A DNA stretch of 64,000 nucleotides, taken from Eledone cirrhosa. Its lineage: Eukaryota. This document shows, piece after piece, positions 12,985 through 27,777 of this stretch. Below the pieces are notes generated by a model, which ran no database searches, was not told the DNA's origin, and saw only the letters and a program-made list of their open reading frames with translations. A program made the position numbers and the translations under genes. Location of the stretch: positions 242,978,001-243,042,000 of the forward strand of contig OZ024742.1 of NCBI GenBank assembly GCA_964016885.1, given 5' to 3'. Positions within the stretch are counted from its first letter, which is position 1, and every line of letters begins with the position of its first letter.

Positions 12985-13710
12985 CGATAGCAACTAACAG
13001 CGCTGCGATCGAATGTGGCTTTTTAGCCCAGCCAATGTTCTAAAATGTCTTGCACAGAGTTGGCAACCAAAACATTCACTGGGAATAGTCGGCTGTGGTT
13101 GGAGTTCATGCACTTTTGCATGTCGCTTGAGCCCTCCTGCTGATTTACATTCTCTACCACATGTTTGGCAAGCATGATGAGTAGCTTCTCCAACAGCAGC
13201 CTGATAGTCAACCACTGGTCTTACTTTATGACTGCGAAGATGACTTTTGAGTCCAGCTTTGCTGAGGCAGAGTCTCACACAGACGCTGCATGTCAGCACC
13301 ATAGGAGGGCCCTCGCCGTCTGGAAGTGCAACAGCAATGCCCTTCCTGACATCCCGCTTTACTTTCTCGTATGCGATTCGAGATGCCTCAAAGGCAACTT
13401 TTCCCTCATATACAGTCTTTCTCCATTTATTACGATCAGCAGCAATATTTTCCCATGTATCAGCAGAGATGTTAGCGTCTCTCAGAGAGGCTTTCAAGGA
13501 ATCCTTATACCTCTTTTTTGGTTTATGTGGTGGTCATTTTCCTTTAACCAACTCTCCATAAAAGAGTTGTTTTGGTATTCGGAGTCGTTGCTTAAGCACA
13601 AGAGCTTCTATACTGTCACACATAGAGCTTTCCAAAATCTCGACATCACTGATGTGGTCCCCCCAGTGAACGCCATGGATCCGTCTGAGACACATCTGAT
13701 GGAAACGCTC
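12985..13710 (-). mobile_element. 3' fragment of an RTE-clade LINE ending in three C2H2 zinc fingers
   Basis: ERFHQMCLRRI..VHW.D.IS..EIL...RIPKQLFYGEL..G...W...A.DR..WR is the RTE C-terminal signature, followed by three CxxC...H...H units. One in-frame stop. Confidence 0.85.
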
Positions 13711-13721
13711 CATACATACAT

Positions 13722-15545
13722 ACTTACATGCCAAAACATCATGTATAAATTATATACTGGGTGCCTTAACCTGTTCTTACAGGATCACTGTGCTACCAAC
13801 AACATCATAACACCTGAGCAAACTGGTGGAAAGAGGGAGGTGTGGGGTTGCATAAATCACCTACTAACTAATAAATTGATTCAAGAAAAAACAACAAAGA
13901 ATCACAGAAACATGACTCTGGTGTGGCTGGACTATCAAAAAGCATTTGATAGTGTACCTCATGGGTGGATTGTTAAGGCTTTACAGTTAGCCAAAGTCCC
14001 ACAACCACTGGTAGCTGCTGTTGAACGTCTGACCAAGAACTGGTATACCAATTTGATCCTTAGTGGTGAGAAGGAGCAAGTTAAAACTGATAAGATACAT
14101 TACTAGAAGGGCATCTTTCAGGGTGATAGCTTGTCAGTGCTACTCTTCGTTCTCTCACTAAATCCACTATCTTACCTACTCAGGAAACAAGGTGGACAAA
14201 GAAGTGGGTCCAGAAGTATCTCCCATATTTTCTTTGTTGATGACCTGAAGTTGTATGGGCCAAATATCAATGACATCAAGAAACAATTGGATCTCATTAC
14301 ACAATTTTCAACAGACATCAAAATGAAATTTGGTGAGTCCAAGTGTGCATATTTGGCAGTAAAACGTGGAAGAGCTGTGCCCTCCTCTAGAAATCTAAAG
14401 ATGAACGGCCTGACAATACAACCTCTACAGTCAGGTGACAACTACAGATATCTTGGACAGGATGAGAATGTCAGATATGATGAAACCCATAAATAAGGAG
14501 AGAACCAGAACTGAATACCTCAGAAGAGTAAAGAAAATATGGTAATCAGAACTGTCAGCGTACAACAAATACATTGCCCACAATACTTATGCTGTACCAA
14601 TTCTAACGCCAACATTTGGCCTGCTGAACTGATCATTGCAAGAACTAAGTGAGATGGATGTTAGAACTCGCAAACTTCTCAGTGTTACTGGGAACTTTAA
14701 CATCGATGGTGATGTGGATAGGCTATACTTCTCACGCGGGGTCTAAAATCCATGTTAACATCATATGAGACCCGGATAGTAACACTGAAGCAACATCTTC
14801 AAAGGAGGAAAAAGGTTGGCAACCATCTTGCCCAGTTTTATGAGCATGAAAAATATCATTAGAATAGCCACTGATCTGGAGGAGAGATATGGAATAAAGC
14901 CTGATATAAATCTCTCACCCAGAGAAGTCGGAAGATCCTATTCAATGTTCAAACAAGATGAAAAAATTGACCAATTTACAGAAAAAGTTGTGCATGGATA
15001 CTTGAGACGTAAAACACAGACCATAGGGGGGATAAACCACTCAAAAAAGCCTGGCATGGAGTTCTGACAAGTTTATGACATCACACCTTGAGGGATATCT
15101 CTATGCAATACAGGAACAACAACTCCCTACCAAATATCTGCTGCACAAAGGGGGAGGGCCATCAGCTGACAATAAATGTAGGCTATGTAAAACAAAGACC
15201 ACTTGATGTAAACGTTGTCAGAAAAATACAGAAGGAGGACATCTACGGACCATTGATGAGGAGTTTACAAATCCAGTATCCAAGATACACCTTTGGCTTC
15301 ATACCCATCATTATTGGAGCTACGGGTTATATACCAACCCGCTTGGACCAAAGTATGACTGAACTTTGCGGACAAAGAGCGTAGCTCCCTAATTCATAGT
15401 CTACAAATGGCTGCGATAGCTGGCACCTTCAAAATTTGCAAAACATTCTTGCGATTCAAAGTATGACAATTGTTTTTCTTTTACAACCTTGCCACCAGGA
15501 AGGTGGCCGTTCAAAAATATATACTCGAAATTAAGAGAAAGAGAT
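13722..15545 (+). mobile_element. 5'-truncated, degraded R4/Dong-like non-LTR retrotransposon (RT and remnants of the RLE region)
   Basis: EQTGG..GC..HLL, WLDYQKAFDSVPH.WI, GIFQGDSLS.LLF.L.LNPLS, ISH.FFVDDLKLY, FG..KC, YRYLG, and later FIPIIIGATG. Multiple stops. (CATA)n on both sides. Confidence 0.85.
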
Positions 15546-16349
15546 AACATACATACATGCCAAAATGCAGGAGAGGAGCGTTCAGTATATGTATACATGC
15601 GCGTAGAATATATCGCAAAATATATATTGCGAATGAGAACATTTCCAATGAACTAAGATTACACTCGCAATTTTATGGTGGAAACTTATTTAGGGGTGTT
15701 CAGATTCTGAGAAGTAAGCAAGGGAGACAACACCTATAGCTTGAGATGATCCAATTTTCTCGAACATTTTTAGTTGGTGAAAGCAACAGGGGTTTCTATC
15801 TTATTAGTTATCCTCAGTGGGGATTATATATATTTTTATGCATACATCGGTGTATATCGGTATTAGTATATATCGCTATGTTTAGCCATATCTCTTTATA
15901 CCAAAACTTTTATAATCTGTGATTTGATAGAGATCGAGGAACTAAATCCTGCTTGAAATAATTACTGGGGTTGATTTACAAAACGTTCGAAGACAGTGCA
16001 CCAGTATTGTTTTAATGTAGTGACTGAAGCAAATAAAAGATAGCAGAATAAAATAGTAGATACTTTTTTATTCTGCTTGTCACAGATATGCTTTTAACAT
16101 AGTTATGGAACAAAATGGAAGACATAATCTAAATATTTAACATAACGAATTATTACAAAGATCCATAAATTTATGCATCAAAATAGAGATGTGAACACGA
16201 ATTTCGTTAATATTTTTTTTAATAAATCATTTCATTGCCCATACCACATACACTTAAATATATACAAAAATAATATACGATACAGAGTCAAACACACTCA
16301 TACCGCAACAAGCGACTGGGTTACTATAGATCCCATTGCTATACACATA

Positions 16350-16640
16350 GGTGAAGGCGCGTGGTTTTGTGGTTAGGGTATTCAATTCACAATCGAAAGG
16401 TCGTGAGTTCGATTCCCGGCAAAACACTTTATTTCACGTTGCTCCTGACCACTCAGCTGGCAAAAATGAGTTGTAATTCGAAGGCCAGCCTTGTCACATT
16501 CAGTGTTATGCTAAATCGTCCTGAAAACTACGTTATGGGTACGAGTGTTTTTGTAATGCTCAGCCACTCGCACGTTAATTTCATGAGCATCTGTCCCGTT
16601 GATCGTATCAACAGGAATACTCATCGTCGTAAACGATGCC
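16350..16640 (+). mobile_element. tRNA-derived SINE, family 2 (related copies ~47090-47345 on -, ~49765-49990 on +)
   Basis: A-box-like gtggttttgtggtt, B-box gttcgattcc, and shared body aaaacactttatttcac...ctcagctg. Confidence 0.65.
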
Positions 16641-17100
16641 ATCATCATAAGTTGTAGTTGACCGAGTAGAAATAAAGTGTAGACACTGGCTGTAGTCCAA
16701 TAAAAGAATGCATCTATATCGAGAAAAAATGAAGAAAGAGGGATGGGAGAAAAGAAGAGAGGAATATATAAATACAAATATAAATTCAGCGAGAATCGCA
16801 TTTCGGCGGGTAGAAAAAGCGAAACGTAACGCAAATTCAGAGTCATGCTGGCAAGCGCTCCATAGTTTAATAAACCAGAGCTATAAACATATGTTATAAA
16901 CGCCATACAACTGAGAAGGCGGTCAAGAAGGCATTAACCACCTAAGCCAAAAAACAAGTCAAGCTAAACAGGTCAGACAAAATAAATGCTAAAATCATAC
17001 ATATATATATATATATATATACATATATATAATCAAGGTTTAGCAAATAAGAAAAAGTTTCAAAATAAATTTTAAAAGATTCACTATACTCACTATGGTT

Positions 17101-17187
17101 ACCTTTACCGAATCGGTTTCGAGTCTCAAAAATAAATGGACAGTCCTTGCGGCCTTCAATTGAAAAGATAAACTCTCGTCAGAAGGG
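17101..17187 (-). ncRNA. Type I hammerhead ribozyme (family E)
   Basis: Minus strand: CCUU-CUGACGA-GAGU...ACUC-GAAAC-CGAUUCG-GUA-AAGG. Confidence 0.8.
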
Positions 17188-17384
17188 TCTTTTCACTGGG
17201 AGAATATAAAATTCCCGAGTTCAAATTACGAACTGGTGCTATTCAAAATTGTTCCCGACATGAGAATGAATGATGTGGAAGCAATTCTGTCCAGTGCTGT
17301 CCAGAGACAGGGAGGTCAGTCTACTACCACTATAAATAGCAGCAGTCAGAACGACCAAATTTTATCTCGACCAAGAGGAGAATA

Positions 17385-17571
17385 ATAATAATTGTTTCTA
17401 CTTTTGGCACAAGGCCAGCAAATACCCAGTACATTACTGGTACTTTATTGTATCGACCCCGTAAGGATGAAAGGCAAAGTTAACCTCGGCGGGATTTGAA
17501 CTCAGACCGTAAAGGGACGTAACTATGCTGGAAAGCATGGCGTCCGACTCTCTACTGATACTGCCAATCCA
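17385..17571 (-). mobile_element. tRNA-derived SINE, family 1
   Basis: Reverse complement of tggattggcagtatc...gttcaaatcccgccgaggttaactttgcctttcatccttacggggtcgat...tgctggccttgtgccaaaagtagaaacaattatt. Confidence 0.85.
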
Positions 17572-17656
17572 TAATAATAATAAAGTATATATCCCTACAC
17601 GCAAAAAGCGTCTAGGGACACATGTATTGTCTAACCATATGCCAATGTGGTTCAAT

Positions 17657-17809
<153 letters not shown>

Positions 17810-17979
17810 CAAGGACGATTTGTTAAGCCTTCATTACGTTTATTGATTGGTGACGAGCGTTTTGCTATTGATCAGCTCAAGGTTCGATCTGGCCCGACTC
17901 TGGAATCAAAAGCTAAAGCTCGTCGGATTCTGCTGTAATAATGACATACCGCCTATGGACACATCCAAGCAACCTTACC

Positions 17980-18049
<70 letters not shown>

Positions 18050-18095
18050 ATAATAATAAATTTGAAGACTAAAATCCAAAGAGGGCTCGATAAGG

Positions 18096-18200
<105 letters not shown>

Positions 18201-18497
18201 AAAAGCCACAAACACTCTATCACAATTCTACTTTTGAAAAGCAGAAGAACTGCGAAACAGGTAAAGGAACCAGATAAATATATATATTCTTTTTAAATGA
18301 CCCCAGTTGCATTTTCGATTTCATCTTTTTCCCTTATACTTTCACATATATGTATGTATGTATACACGAGGGTCAGTTGAAAAGATCATAGGCTGACCAA
18401 GATACTCTCATAGAATGATCAAATCAGGTTTATTTTTTTAATATAATCTCTGGAAAGTAATAATGCAGTTATTAATAAAAAGATTTGACATTAATTA

Positions 18498-19160
18498 GGT
18501 TCTGAGTTCAAATCCCGCCGAGGTTAGCTCTGCCTTTTATCCTTGGAGGGTGGATAAAATAAAGCACCAGTAATGCACTGGGGTAATTGCTGGCCTTGTG
18601 CTAAAAGTAGAAACAATTATTTATATCTATACGTTGGCAGTATCGGTAGGGTGCCGGACAACATGCTGTGTAGCATGAAGTTACGAGCATAGAGTTACGT
18701 CCCTTTGCTTTCTGAGATCAAATCCCGCCGAGGTTTGCTTTGCATTTCATCCTTACGGGGGTCCGTAAAATTTAGTACTAGTAACGAACTGGGGTCGACT
18801 CCCCCCACCAAAAAAGATTGCTGGCCTTGTGTCGAAATCGGAAACCATTATTTATATCTACATCCTTACGGGGTCGATAAAATAAAGTACCAGTAATGCA
18901 CTGGGATAATTGCTGGCATTGTGCCTAAAGTAGAAACAATTATTTATATCTACACTATAATGTAGTGGGTGGAGTGAAACAGAGAAACATTAGAGAGACG
19001 AAGTAAATGTTATGTGGTATTTAGTTACTCCGGTTTATGTTCTCTGTTTAAAACCCGCCGGGCTTCACAAAAGAACTTACTAGTCAGGTGCTGGGTTCGA
19101 TATAATCGACTGTTCCTCCATCCAAAATATGAAGCCTCGTGCTAATTTTAGAACTTAATA
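18498..19160 (+). mobile_element. Cluster of four partial/complete family 1 SINE copies
   Basis: Copies at ~18498-18620, 18633-18850, 18860-18940 and a diverged one at 18965-19160. Confidence 0.75.
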
Positions 19161-19310
19161 TCTATATTTACATTAGTCACAACGTTTTACGTTCTGATTC
19201 CAAATCCTTCCACGATCCACTTTACGAGAACGACTAAATGTAATGCTAGTCTACTGCGGTTAATACAATTGATTCTGCTCTTTCTTTAAACTTTGTGGCT
19301 CTCTCTTTCC

Positions 19311-19830
19311 CTCACAGCTCGAGCCGGCGGGGCTGGATCGAGAGGACAGCAAAAGGCCTGATGGCATGACCATCGTCCCGTTCCGCTGTGGTTAACTCCT
19401 CATATGGGAAGCCATATGCAGCGGCAACCTGGTGCAGTCTGCGACTAGCCCAGGCTCTACTGCACTTCGAGCCGAAGAGGGCAAACTCTCCAAATATTGA
19501 CACTCTCCGACCAGTTTGCGGTCGAGCCCGTAGCAGTGGATACTTCTGGTGTCCCTGGCCATAGGACCACCTCCCTACTTGCCAGCATCGGTACGGAGTT
19601 GGCTACCCGCAGGTGTGAACCTCGCGAGCTGGAATGGCTCTTCCAGCGCGTCTCCCTCATTATCCTCCGGGAAAACGCCTTCTCTATTTTGTCCGTTGGG
19701 GCGGCGGGGCGGCCAACACGTGGGCATGCATTTGCTTATAATAGGGAGAGGTGAGGATAACGATAGATACGGAGGCAGTAACAATGGGTATTTTATTACA
19801 TTATGTTCAGACCTAATATATATGTATATA
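19311..19830 (+). mobile_element. 3' fragment of a CRE-like non-LTR retrotransposon (restriction-like endonuclease domain)
   Basis: [16 protein letters not shown]...KY..LSDQFAVEPVAVDTSG..G...WLFQRVSLIILRENAFSIL. Homologous to 56920-57300. Confidence 0.75.
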
Positions 19831-21444
19831 TTTATAGAAAAACTATATTCCTAGAATATAGTCCTAGACTAAATCTAAAGTTGGAACCTGTATTTCTAAA
19901 GATAAAAACATTGTTATCCACTTCAGCTTCAATGTGATGAGCTATATACAATCAAGTCAAAAGACGAAGCCTTATTGATTGTTTGAGCAAGCCAGAAAAT
20001 TCCATACTCTATTACTCTATCGCATGATCCAATCTTCAGGCTGAGGCCATGCTGGGGCACCACCTTTGTTTATGTATTTTTAGAAGCCTATCATTTTTTA
20101 TGTATTACATAATTAACTACCTTCAAGCACAAAGTGGGGATTATACAAACTTCTCTGCTTTTCTTCATTACTTCAAATGTTTATTTGAGAATTCGAAAAT
20201 TTATGTTCAAATGGTACATCACACGTCGTAAGTTCTACACACATCCACGGAAGCAAGACCTTGGATACATAATTAGTGTCGTATCATGGAGTCACAGGGT
20301 ATTTTTCGTGCCATGCCATATACACCTTCAACCAGTCTCAGTCTGTGTCATGAATAATAAATACCTTATTTATTATTTATATAAATAATACTTACCCTAT
20401 TTCCTCCTCAAAGCTATACCTATCCATGAGTGACTAAATTAGAATTGCATAATATATCTTGCATCAGTAGCAGGTCATATAAAGAGGAAACTGGAAAGTT
20501 CCTAAATGTTGAAATAAAGGAAGAAAAACCAAAAATAACTGAACATATGTGGTGCAAGAGAAAAAAGTAATATATTGCTATAAATAGAGGTTCCGTAATG
20601 GATTTTAAAAGTATGACCTAGAGTGGGTCTTAGAAAATCAAAGAAGCAATAGATATACCACTTGCTGATAACACAAACTAAACCCAGCGCTGGTATCATA
20701 GTTCTAAACCAGTGTTAAACTGTATACACACCAAGAAATATGACACTTAATGTCGATCGAAATAAACTGTAGATATTATTTCATTTTAAATAAACACTAT
20801 AAAGATGAGGTTAACAGACCAGAAAATTATAATCTTATGGGCTACATTTTTTTCTTTTAAGTCCCTTTACACTTACCTTAGTCTTTAATTCACTAGGGTT
20901 GATAAAATAATTACCAGCAATGTATTAACTTTGAGCAGACGAATATGGCGCCACGAATGAAACTATTATTATTGAATCCATAGAAAGAGAATTCTCATAT
21001 TTATGAGGAATTTCGTTACTTGATAACCATGCTTTTGTTAAAGGTAAGTAAAGGGAAATATAAATAAAGTGAATGACAAAGTCAGCAAAATCTATTAGGT
21101 AAGTGTGTATATATATGTATGTGCGTGTGTGTGTGCGTATGTTTGTGTGTGTGTTTTGTTTGGAGAGGGGAGCATAGACAAAAATACCTGGGGAGCGTTC
21201 TGCATGATGTGTATATATACGAATAGAGTCTCGCAATCGAAAATATGTTTAATGGAAAGACTTCAGTCAACATAGACTATTCTTGTAATTTCAAAGGAGA
21301 AACTCACTTTCAGGATTTTAAGACCGGGGAAAGCCAGCAAGGGAGAAAACTGATACAGTCTCAGTTAATACAAATTTTTTTTTAAAATATATTTAGAAAA
21401 TGTATTGAAGTAGATATTGTCTTAATCTCAATTTGTTGTTTCTT

Positions 21445-21498
<54 letters not shown>

Positions 21499-21565
21499 CA
21501 AGGCTCTGATACCATCAACACCATAAACACAGAGCTGGCATATCGTGTGTATATATAAATATATA

Positions 21566-21657
21566 GTAGTGACACAACAGTTCACCATACCGAGAACAAT
21601 TGTTTCACCTCTGAAACAATTGTTCTCGGTATGGAGAACTAACTGTTGTGTTACTAC
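21566..21657. repeat. Fold-back palindrome centred just 5' of a hammerhead 3' half (GAAAC-AAUU-GUU)
   Basis: gtagtgacacaacagttcaccataccgagaacaattgtttca-cctc-tgaaacaattgttctcggtatggagaac...tgttgtgttactac. Confidence 0.8.
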
Positions 21658-21723
21658 TTCTTGCAAACTCGTCCCATGGACTGAGTGCTCTACCACTATG
21701 GATATTACCTTCCAGTATCCTAC

Positions 21724-21777
<54 letters not shown>

Positions 21778-21779
<2 letters not shown>

Positions 21780-22026
21780 CGAAGGAAATGTGGTAAGGAA
21801 CCAGATGGACCATAACGCACCAAAGTACTCAATACTTAGGGTAGTAGAGTGGGTAATAGGAACGAGTAGGATCCCGACGGCTGAGCTCAAGCCGTTTCGA
21901 CGGCTAATTCTGGACTAAAAAAAGTGTTAGTATTAGGTTCACATATATATATATATATATATATTTTTTTAGTTCAGAATTAACCGTCGAAACGGCTTGA
22001 GCTCAGCCGTCGGGGTCCTACTCGTT

Positions 22027-22030
<4 letters not shown>
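21778..22030. repeat. Family D fold-back repeat copy
   Basis: Same arms as 9410-9600. The loop is interrupted by a short repeat end and (TA)n. Confidence 0.8.
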
Positions 22031-22085
<55 letters not shown>

Positions 22086-22106
22086 TGTGGTATGGCCCCG
22101 TATCTC

Positions 22107-22137
<31 letters not shown>

Positions 22138-22597
22138 CAAGTAGGAATATTTTCGAAACAGCGAGTGGGTTTGAAATTATTAGAAATGTAAGCTATCGCC
22201 GTATTTTGACTAAAGAAATTAAAGAAATTATTTAGCCTGATAGTGGAGTTTAGAACCCTCGGAGAAATGGAAAAAGATGAGTATTGACGTACATATATCA
22301 TACATATATGATATATGATAGGTAGATTTCCAATGTATATCGGAGGGTGATCACAGTTAAAAGATTGTACTCAATACGTTAGTAAAGAATAGGAATCTTT
22401 ATTTTATTATAGAAATGACTTCGAAAGGACTAGAACTGTTCCATTTGTAAGAAAAAAGCAGGCGGGTCCTGATGATTTCTAGTCCTGGAGAAGTCATTAC
22501 TATAATATATATATATGAGAACCTAATACTAACACTTTGTACTGCACTCTTCGCTTTGTTTTTGGTTTAACTATAATATATATATATACATACATAC

Positions 22598-22873
<276 letters not shown>

Positions 22874-22970
22874 TCTTCGGCTCTGTTTAATTACATTGAG
22901 CTATATCTTTACTGTCATTTCTATAATATGAAGAGGGTGTTTAACTCCAACACACTCTAGTATTTTAATT

Positions 22971-23067
<97 letters not shown>

Positions 23068-23442
23068 GTTTACATATATATATATATATACATACATACA
23101 TATACGTGTTTTGCAACGGGTCACTTTGTGGCTCAATGAAAAGTTAATAAATTAAATAATCAGAGCTATATATCATAAAACATGTCTATAGAATCACCAG
23201 ATAAAATATATACCATTTCCTCTCCCAATTAGCATAATTAACTATATAAAAAAATCGAATAGACCAGGCTATAAGAATAAGGCTTCCATGAAGAAATCTC
23301 CAACAAATAACCGAAAATAGCCCTTCGAGTCGGCCGCGACGGAATATTTTTCGAATATTTCGACAGCGTAATCGTCCAGATGCAGTCAATTAAACAGAAT
23401 TAGGTGTAAAATAAACTAGGAGAAAATAGAATACATTTATTT

Positions 23443-23519
23443 ACCTCTACCATGGTTTCGTCCGCATTTTGAGATTTCCAGTAACTTTGGAAACTCGAGC
23501 ACCGGACTCTTCAGGAGTT
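23443..23519 (-). ncRNA. Minimal type I hammerhead ribozyme (family F)
   Basis: Minus strand: CUC-CUGAAGA-GUCCG...CGGAC-GAAAC-CAUG-GUA-GAG, with a palindromic CAUG loop. Confidence 0.85.
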
Positions 23520-24293
23520 TTGCTCTAATCTAGATATTAAATTTTCAAAAGTGATCGCGCCAAGAATTCATTCAAAATGGCTAAGAATCGTGACGTAGCA
23601 GCGGTCAGGTTGGAAGGGATGTGGTAGTTGCTTACGGCTGGTGGCTTTTTGCTCTATATATATAGAGAGAGAGAGGCAGAGATAGAGATAGATAGATAGA
23701 GAGAGAGAGAGATTGGGAATTACTAGTTTAGACTAGTAAGACCATTGTTCAGTTAAGTAATCGATACTTGCTAAAATAAAGAGTCGTTATTGTAAATAGT
23801 TAGTGCCCAACGATTGAGCTCTTACCGTTTCGACGGTGAAAGGGTAAATGAATACCAGCAGACCGGTGTAACGAACATTCCTTTTTAGCCTAATATAGCG
23901 CTATCAGCAATAATTTCAAATGGGGAAAATATCACGTGTTTGGCGGTTAACAGAGGGGTAGTAAGGGGGACATTAGCTGCTAGAAAATGCAGTCCAAATC
24001 GGACAAATCTTGACTTTACCATAGGAGAGTGTATTACAAATTAATTGAAGAAATATATATATCTTTGCATAAGTATAGATATATATAAAGATGTCCAATC
24101 GATACCAAGTTTTGGTCGGAAAAATCTTTCTGTCTTGAATTTTCTTTCTTGGCTGAGGAAAGTCTCCTGATGATTTGAGATTTCTCATAATACTCGCAAT
24201 ATTGTTATTTTTTTTATGAAACTGCTGTAGGGACATTAATGTCAGTAAGTAAAGATTTTTTCCTTATCTTGTTTCCTTTTCCCAGATATGATA

Positions 24294-24330
<37 letters not shown>

Positions 24331-24333
<3 letters not shown>

Positions 24334-24408
24334 GGTGTCCCTAAAAATGTATACACACTTCAACAGCATTCTAATTAAAGTGTGCATGCATATTTTGGAA
24401 ACACCCTG
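24331..24408. mobile_element. 78 bp Tc1/mariner-type MITE
   Basis: TIRs cagggtgt.../...acaccctg, almost fully palindromic, flanked by TA on both sides. Confidence 0.8.
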
Positions 24409-24449
24409 TATACACACACCTACACAAACACACAAACACAGACACAGAC

Positions 24450-24588
<139 letters not shown>

Positions 24589-25167
24589 ATTATATTATAT
24601 ACACATATATTTATGCGAAAAATCAACGAGGTAAAATAACACAGAACGATACAGTACATTGATTATATATATGAATTTAACTTGATATAGTAGAAAAATA
24701 ATCTTAAGGTTTCGGAATTTAGTCCTTCATTAGAACATAGAATGAGAGATAGAAGAAAAATAGAAAGACGGTCGAGACTAAGAAGATATATGCACATATA
24801 TATGAATATGCGTGTGTGTGTGCGAGTATATATACAGATATATATATATATAGGGAGAGATGCTACATTTGATAAAGGAATACTAATTCCTCACGACCTA
24901 AAGCCTTGAGTGCTTTGCTTTGAAAGTGGCTTTTCAAGCCCACACTCATACACACACAAATGCACTTAATCCATCCGGTTAAAAACCACTAACTGTCTAT
25001 TGCGTGTCTGTAGAGGAGAGTGTAGTCTTTCGCAAGCATTCGAGCCTGGCTTCCGGTTTGAGAGTTACCTCCTCCCACGAGTCTTGGGGGTCTTGAAAAA
25101 GGGGCCATTCCTTCCTTCTCTAAATAATCAATAACATACACACACAAGCACACACCCACACACACAG

Positions 25168-25237
<70 letters not shown>

Positions 25238-25332
25238 ATGTGTATAACGTATCACGTATTTTTTATCTGGTCTAATTTTTACGTATTTTATACTAATCAC
25301 ACGTGGATGAGGTAGATAGAATGCGTGTATAT

Positions 25333-25387
<55 letters not shown>

Positions 25388-25477
25388 GCTCTCTCTCTCT
25401 CTCTCCCTGTCCATGTTTCTATACAAGTATGCAGTGAATTTATATATATATATATATATATATATACATAGATACAT

Positions 25478-25510
<33 letters not shown>

Positions 25511-25642
25511 TATATATATACATATATATACATATATACATATATATATATACATATATATATGAATATATACACACATATATATATATACATATATAGA
25601 TATATACATATATATATATATATACTTATATATATATATTTA

Positions 25643-25689
<47 letters not shown>

Positions 25690-25850
25690 AATTAGTATAT
25701 CTACCAACATATATATACAGATGCATACCTATGCTAGCAAATATATAGGTTTTGTCTTAGTAACTTTGTGGTTCAATGCAAGGGGATGCAGAACAATAAT
25801 ATGAAAGACGTAAAATAAGAAAATTATAAAAATTAACTTACTAAAATTTC

Positions 25851-25936
25851 ACTCCAACTAATTAGTTTCTGAAAGGGAATAAACATGGTTTCCGAATGGA
25901 ACAACATGGAGAAATCCTTTCGTCATCAGGGAAGTC
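25851..25936 (-). ncRNA. Type I hammerhead (family A, antisense copy)
   Basis: Reverse complement of 26494-26578. Confidence 0.8.
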
Positions 25937-26493
25937 TATTCTCAGCTAAGTTCCCAGCCGATGTGTGGACACAGGGAAGGATTTCTCCATGTTGTTCCAT
26001 TCGGAAACCATGTTTATTCCCTTTCAGAAACTAATTAGTTGGAGTGAAATTTTAGTAAGTAAGTTAATTTTTATAATTTTCTTATTTTACGTCTTTCATA
26101 TTATTGTTCTGCATCCCCTTGCATTGAACCACAAAGTTACTAAGACATAACCTATATCTTTGCTAGCATAGGTATGCATCTGTACATATATGTTGGTAGA
26201 TATACTAATTCTTTATAATTATCTCCAAATTATTTTGTTGAGCAAAAATTTGCCAAAACTGCTGCTATAGTTCATAGTAATGGTTCGGCTGCTGTCTTCT
26301 TAACACCCCACTCCTCACTGATTAACCTCGATGTCACGTGATTGATTCTTTTGAATTTGCCACCGACCAAGTAGGCAGTGATTTTTTCAATGTCTTGGAA
26401 CTTAGTCCACGCTTTGCTTTTTTCCATTCACTGAATTATTTTTGTATAAGTTCCCTGTGTCCACGCATTGCCTGGGAACTTAGCTGAGAATAG

Positions 26494-26578
26494 ACTTCCC
26501 TGATGACGAAAGGATTTCTCCATGTTGTTCCATTCGGAAACCATGTTTATTCCCTTTCAGAAACTAATTAGTTGGAGT
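26494..26578 (+). ncRNA. Type I hammerhead (family A)
   Basis: CUGAUGA at 26500, stem II GAAAGG...CCUUUC, then GAAAC-UAAUUA-GUU-GGAGU. Confidence 0.85.
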
Positions 26579-26620
26579 GAAATTTTAGTAAGTTAATTTT
26601 TATAATTTTCTTATTTTACG

Positions 26621-26727
<107 letters not shown>

Positions 26728-26827
26728 TATATTATATTTATATACATATATATATATATAAAAGACGTAAAATAAGAAAATTATAAAAATTAACTTACTT
26801 ACTAAAATTTCACTCCAACTAATTAGT

Positions 26828-26862
<35 letters not shown>

Positions 26863-27422
26863 GATCGAGTATCGAAAAATCGGCGCACGAGTTAACGAAA
26901 AACGAAATCCGATATGAGCGGCAGAGGGCTCAATAATTCAGATGAATCAGAGCTATAACTATCGTTAAAATACCGTCACATATAGAACAAGTCTACAATC
27001 AACCATACGATTTAAAATCGATAAAGGAAGATTCGGGCCAAACAGATAAAAAATATCAATAAAACAATACGTCAATAATTTAAATGAATGTAAAATCATA
27101 CCCGGACCCACTAGAAAGGTGTTAAATCTAGCTTCATGGGTTTCTGTAAATCCTTAGACAGTACTCTATCAGCTCACATATAAATATAAAAGCCTACTAG
27201 AATAAGTGGAATGGAGTTTACGTTGTCAACGAGTTTTATCCTGGCGGCAAAGGAGTCAACTAGCGGTGAAAGACGCACATGGCATTAGACAAGGGAGATG
27301 ACCCCTATATCCGCGAAAATAATTCGAGTGAATGTGGAAATACACATATCGAATTAGAGTGCTCAATAGACATGTTAAAATAAAACAAAAGCTATTCATC
27401 ACTCAATAGAATCGACAAGTCA

Positions 27423-27635
27423 AATGTTAAAAATTTAGCTTCGTTTATTACTGCTATATATATTTCGGTGAAACCGAAATATATATAGCAGTTAAACGAA
27501 GCTAAATTTTAAACATTAAACTTATTTATTTTATCTTATTTTACATTACTCCGGAGTAACCAAACCAACCTTCGCACTTCGTCGAGTGCTCCAATCTGCA
27601 TACTGAGGTGTTGGCATACAACCAACATATACTCA
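27423..27635 (+). mobile_element. Family G fragment: fold-back at hammerhead stem II (cggtgaaaccg) followed by the family G 3' region
   Basis: Palindrome centred ~27470 with GAAAU-AUAU-AUA. Downstream ttactccg...acttcgtcgagtgctc...tgcatactga matches 62630-62695. Confidence 0.75.
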
Positions 27636-27777
27636 AAAAAAAAAATATATATATACATATACATACATATATATACACATATATATACACATATATGAAA
27701 TTTGTAGAAATTTGTAGAAATAAAAACAAATTTCTATAAATTTCATACTTGACGACCTAATATATACATACATATAT

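Noticed and set aside
13165-14106. 313 aa ORF as a single gene
   Set aside because: Chimeric: the first ~180 codons are the antisense of the RTE fragment and the rest is R4-like RT, joined across a (CATA)n tract.
16350-16420. tRNA gene
   Set aside because: A/B boxes are the head of a SINE; no full cloverleaf, and a repeat body follows.
16785-16840. gcgaaacgtaacgc motif in a repeat shared with 28335-28395
   Set aside because: No upstream CUGANGA, so it cannot be called a ribozyme.
24700-24740. Minus-strand CUAAUGA...GAAAC motif
   Set aside because: The core is mutated and there is no convincing stem I or cleavage triplet.
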